From Candidatus Woesearchaeota archaeon (GTDB taxonomy: Archaea > Nanobdellota > Nanobdellia > Woesearchaeales > UBA525): a DNA stretch of 23,772 bases. The stretch spans positions 1 to 23,772 of the forward strand of contig JAAOYD010000107.1 of assembly GCA_018221165.1 (NCBI GenBank), written 5' to 3'. The position numbers were made by a program, and so were the translations under genes. Under the pieces are notes generated by a model. That model did not search any database, was not told where the DNA came from, and saw only the letters and a list, made by a program, of their open reading frames with translations. This document shows, piece by piece, positions 23,001-23,772 of the stretch; position 1 is the stretch's first letter; the number at the start of each line of letters is the position of its first letter.

Positions 23001-23772
23001 ATGGCAAAAACTCGGGAGGAAGCCGAAGGTGATGGAACGCGAGCTCGTCGACATGAGCGAGATCCAGGAAGATCTGAAGAAGGCACAGGCCGATCGCGAT
23101 AAGGCTATCGCCGCTGAGGAGAAGGAAGGCGCTGACAAAAAGGGCGCAGAGGAAAAGAAGGAATGGGGTTGGAAGGACGATGTTTCACCCGACAAGATTC
23201 TCAACCTGAAGAACGGCATGATTGTCATCAACCTCGCGTCACTCTACGATGAGGTCAGTGCGATGAAAGATGCGGACCTGCCGAACGAATTCCTACCAGA
23301 GCCACCAGAGCCAGAAGAGGGCGAGGAACCGAAGCAGCCAATCAACACCTTTGCAGAATGGGTAGTGAACGCGACTGGTGACACCAAGCTTGGCTATGCA
23401 CTTGCGGCCTGCACGACGAAGGAAGAGATGATAGCGTTGCTAGATAAGAAGAAGGAAGGTCAAGAGATTCCTGATGCGAAGCCACCAGCGTGGTTTGTCA
23501 AGCAGGCTGGCGCCGCTGTTGTCGAGGAGAAAGAAGCTGCAGAAGAGAAGAAAGAGGAAGTGAAGGAAGCGGCACCTGCGGAAGAGCAGAAAGAAGATGT
23601 GACACCACAACCTGCAGAAACTTCTGCAGCTGAACAAACAACACCTGAGATTCCAACACCTGAGACTCCTGAAGCACAAGCTCCAGAACAGCCTGCACAA
23701 CCTGCTCCAGTCCAACCTGAACAACCAAAACAAGAAACTCCCACTACAGAAACTCCCACTACAGAAACTCCC
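20053..23772 (+). CDS. Bitopic membrane protein of more than 1240 aa: TM1 - ~580-aa ectodomain - TM2 - cytosolic HerA/FtsK/VirB4-type (DUF87-like) P-loop ATPase - coiled coil - small helical domain - acidic Pro/Glu/Thr-rich tail. 3' end lies beyond the window
   Basis: Absent from the ORF track because there is no stop in the window. I translated the frame by hand: 1240 sense codons from ATG 20053, whose start overlaps the upstream stop (ATGA). The N-terminus is MRTITRQRRAAFWLGILLLTIFAIKGLVIV. Walker A is KTHTIVAGSTGGGKSV. Also present are VVVFDPTAQW, Walker B KIFFVFDEVHRLLP, REFRKWGLGMMLISQVLSDF and NTEIQMRTRDEGD. All minus-strand track ORFs between 20131 and 23759 are shadows of this frame. 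Confidence 0.85.
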   Translation, partial: MRTITRQRRAAFWLGILLLTIFAIKGLVIVSQFIGYATSSDAEAGTITQLIIRHEVPTENWAAVFGVAVRVPGYLNQQFEDFTAGDMEETNLLFDCMESNIEHEVFVTESDPALLDISNMFSITVAELDAYYGRDSNDFDSATNTFTQAISFQYGSTTVNTVGTVAYKLGESPPTTFRIAAAQLSDGSPVYVAIVTNFTDGYNGRLYNYQLLLPASINVTTRYYFWTDPNDICPEGEGQEPNKGVVFGKVTTTTGIPIPGVIVEVAGVTNITDINGNYTIRTQEGTHNIFAIKTGFDVYKNNVTVIANNKTRHDIILEETVIPNDNTGIGPGQDNPGDDVGPAQQEGIGPGQDVGPGEAPLVPFVQQPKVIEGKDFIISLTELNRKLRLGQFVQDRIYIYNFRKTPVTITLAVNGTNISRLITVDKNEIVVDPNGKGEFVLTIFGVGSTGIFNGTIELDGDINASIPVRIDILPREQLPIEALHIEVETAEKRYYPNDLVRVKTDLRNMLIDQQYPVRLFFTVQNPEGDETIWSYETNVHIKTAFSLIKSFKLQNSVKSGDYILRVSATYLGLSSGTSTIFHVAVPFWQRSLFGLKYWLWFLILAFIAAGIGAFFYIRKKIEEKKKYHLKVDYDELPKPGPRSIYVGKIAETDKTTYFNLENFKTHTIVAGSTGGGKSVSAQVIIEEALDKDIAVVVFDPTAQWTGMLRPCKDKTMLALYPLYGMKKTDAKAFPGNIRQINNAREKIDIRKYAKPGEIQVFCGHKLDPKDMDIMVANAIREIFHASFPENKLLKIFFVFDEVHRLLPKFGGSGDGFLQIERGCREFRKWGLGMMLISQVLSDFVGTIKANINTEIQMRTRDEGDLERIRQKYGEDVLRSLVKATVGTGMVENPAYNRGQPYFVGFKPLKHSVERLTDEEIEQYNEYNDRIDNLYYSLEQLEEAKIDVFDLKLELKLALDKVKTGNFNMVKIYLEGLEPRIDKQWQKLGRKPKVMERELVDMSEIQEDLKKAQADRDKAIAAEEKEGADKKGAEEKKEWGWKDDVSPDKILNLKNGMIVINLASLYDEVSAMKDADLPNEFLPEPPEPEEGEEPKQPINTFAEWVVNATGDTKLGYALAACTTKEEMIALLDKKKEGQEIPDAKPPAWFVKQAGAAVVEEKEAAEEKKEEVKEAAPAEEQKEDVTPQPAETSAAEQTTPEIPTPETPEAQAPEQPAQPAPVQPEQPKQETPTTETPTTETP
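20083..20145 (+). other. TM1 / signal anchor of the ATPase protein
   Basis: AFWLGILLLTIFAIKGLVIVS preceded by RQRR, which predicts an N-in orientation. Confidence 0.65.
20782..21003 (+). other. CarboxypepD_reg-like beta-sandwich module in the ectodomain
   Basis: GVVFGKVTTTTGIPIPGVIVEVAGVTNITDINGNYTIRTQEGTHNIFAIKTGFDVYKNNVTVIANNKTRHDIIL matches the G.V.D..G.P..GA.V.......T.TD.NG.Y.l..l..G.Y.l...k.GY pattern. Confidence 0.6.
21034..21126 (+). repeat. Gly/Pro-rich linker with internal duplication (GIGPGQDN...GIGPGQDVGPG)
   Basis: Read from codons 21034-21126. Confidence 0.7.
21841..21903 (+). other. TM2 of the ATPase protein (YWLWFLILAFIAAGIGAFFYI)
   Basis: Hydrophobic 21-mer followed by RKKIEEKKK, which places the ATPase in the cytosol. 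Confidence 0.7.
21976..22785 (+). other. HerA/FtsK-type ATPase domain (Walker A 22063-22086, Walker B 22438-22455)
   Basis: Motif order and spacing: H-T-hhh-G-S-T-G-x-G-K-S, then hhhDP...W/Y, then hhhh-D-E-h-H, then RK.G.G..hhSQ...D, then NT.I..R. This is as in DUF87/HerA-like translocases. Confidence 0.7.
23734..23772 (+). repeat. 15-nt tandem repeat GAAACTCCCACTACA (ETPTT), 2.6 copies, truncated by the window end
   Basis: Read directly; it lies in frame in the C-terminal low-complexity tail. Confidence 0.85.

Noticed and set aside
20131-23759. Many minus-strand and off-frame plus-strand track ORFs (for example 20131..20511, 20614..21084, 21862..22506, 22561..23007, 22854..23231, 23440..23759).
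   Set aside because: They all lie antisense to, or out of frame with, one continuous plus-strand frame that carries Walker A/B and other recognisable motifs. Their translations are low-complexity or Cys/Arg/Ser-rich, as expected for shadow ORFs.
696-23772. An integrated mobile element using the tRNA as its attachment site, with the accessory genes as cargo.
   Set aside because: No integrase, transposase or relaxase is recognisable in the window. I found no direct repeat of the tRNA 3' half. About 13 kb of core genes (gatE, cdc48, gatD, lipid genes) separate the tRNA from the accessory region.
1-23772. CRISPR arrays, rRNA genes, IS elements.
   Set aside because: I saw no regularly spaced 25-40-nt direct repeats, no rRNA-like conserved segments, and no terminal inverted repeats flanking a transposase-like ORF on either strand.

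Overview
This is an archaeal chromosomal window. The assignment rests on GatD/GatE amidotransferase, CDP-archaeol synthase, Cdc48, TATA-like boxes about 25-30 nt upstream of many ATGs (leaderless mRNAs), and GGAGGTGA-type Shine-Dalgarno sites at the other starts. All family calls come from motifs I recognise by eye; no database search was possible.

The left ~14 kb is mostly housekeeping:
- a partial truD that runs off the 5' edge and is therefore missing from the ORF track
- tRNA-Arg(CCU)
- a UPF0104 membrane protein coupled to a glycosidase-like protein
- a PHP phosphoesterase
- an overlapping gatE-psd-pssA-carS operon
- cdc48
- a secreted Ig-repeat protein
- a NIF3-insert-domain protein coupled to an ITPase
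- a lysine-rich basic repeat protein
- gatD

The right ~10 kb looks accessory: a secreted two-HKD PLD-family protein, three unknown proteins, and the standout four-gene cassette. The cassette is translationally coupled:
- a 48-aa RHH gene at 16675-16821, too short to appear in the ORF track
- a 91-aa RHH gene at 16821-17096
- a 987-aa surface protein at 17093-20056
- an ORF of more than 1240 aa at 20053 to beyond 23772

The last ORF is absent from the track because it has no stop inside the window. It encodes TM - large ectodomain - TM - HerA/FtsK-type (DUF87-like) P-loop ATPase. An iteron-like operator array lies upstream of the cassette. I could not match this composition to any characterised archaeal secretion, pilus, conjugation or DNA-import system, and it is my best candidate for the undescribed system.
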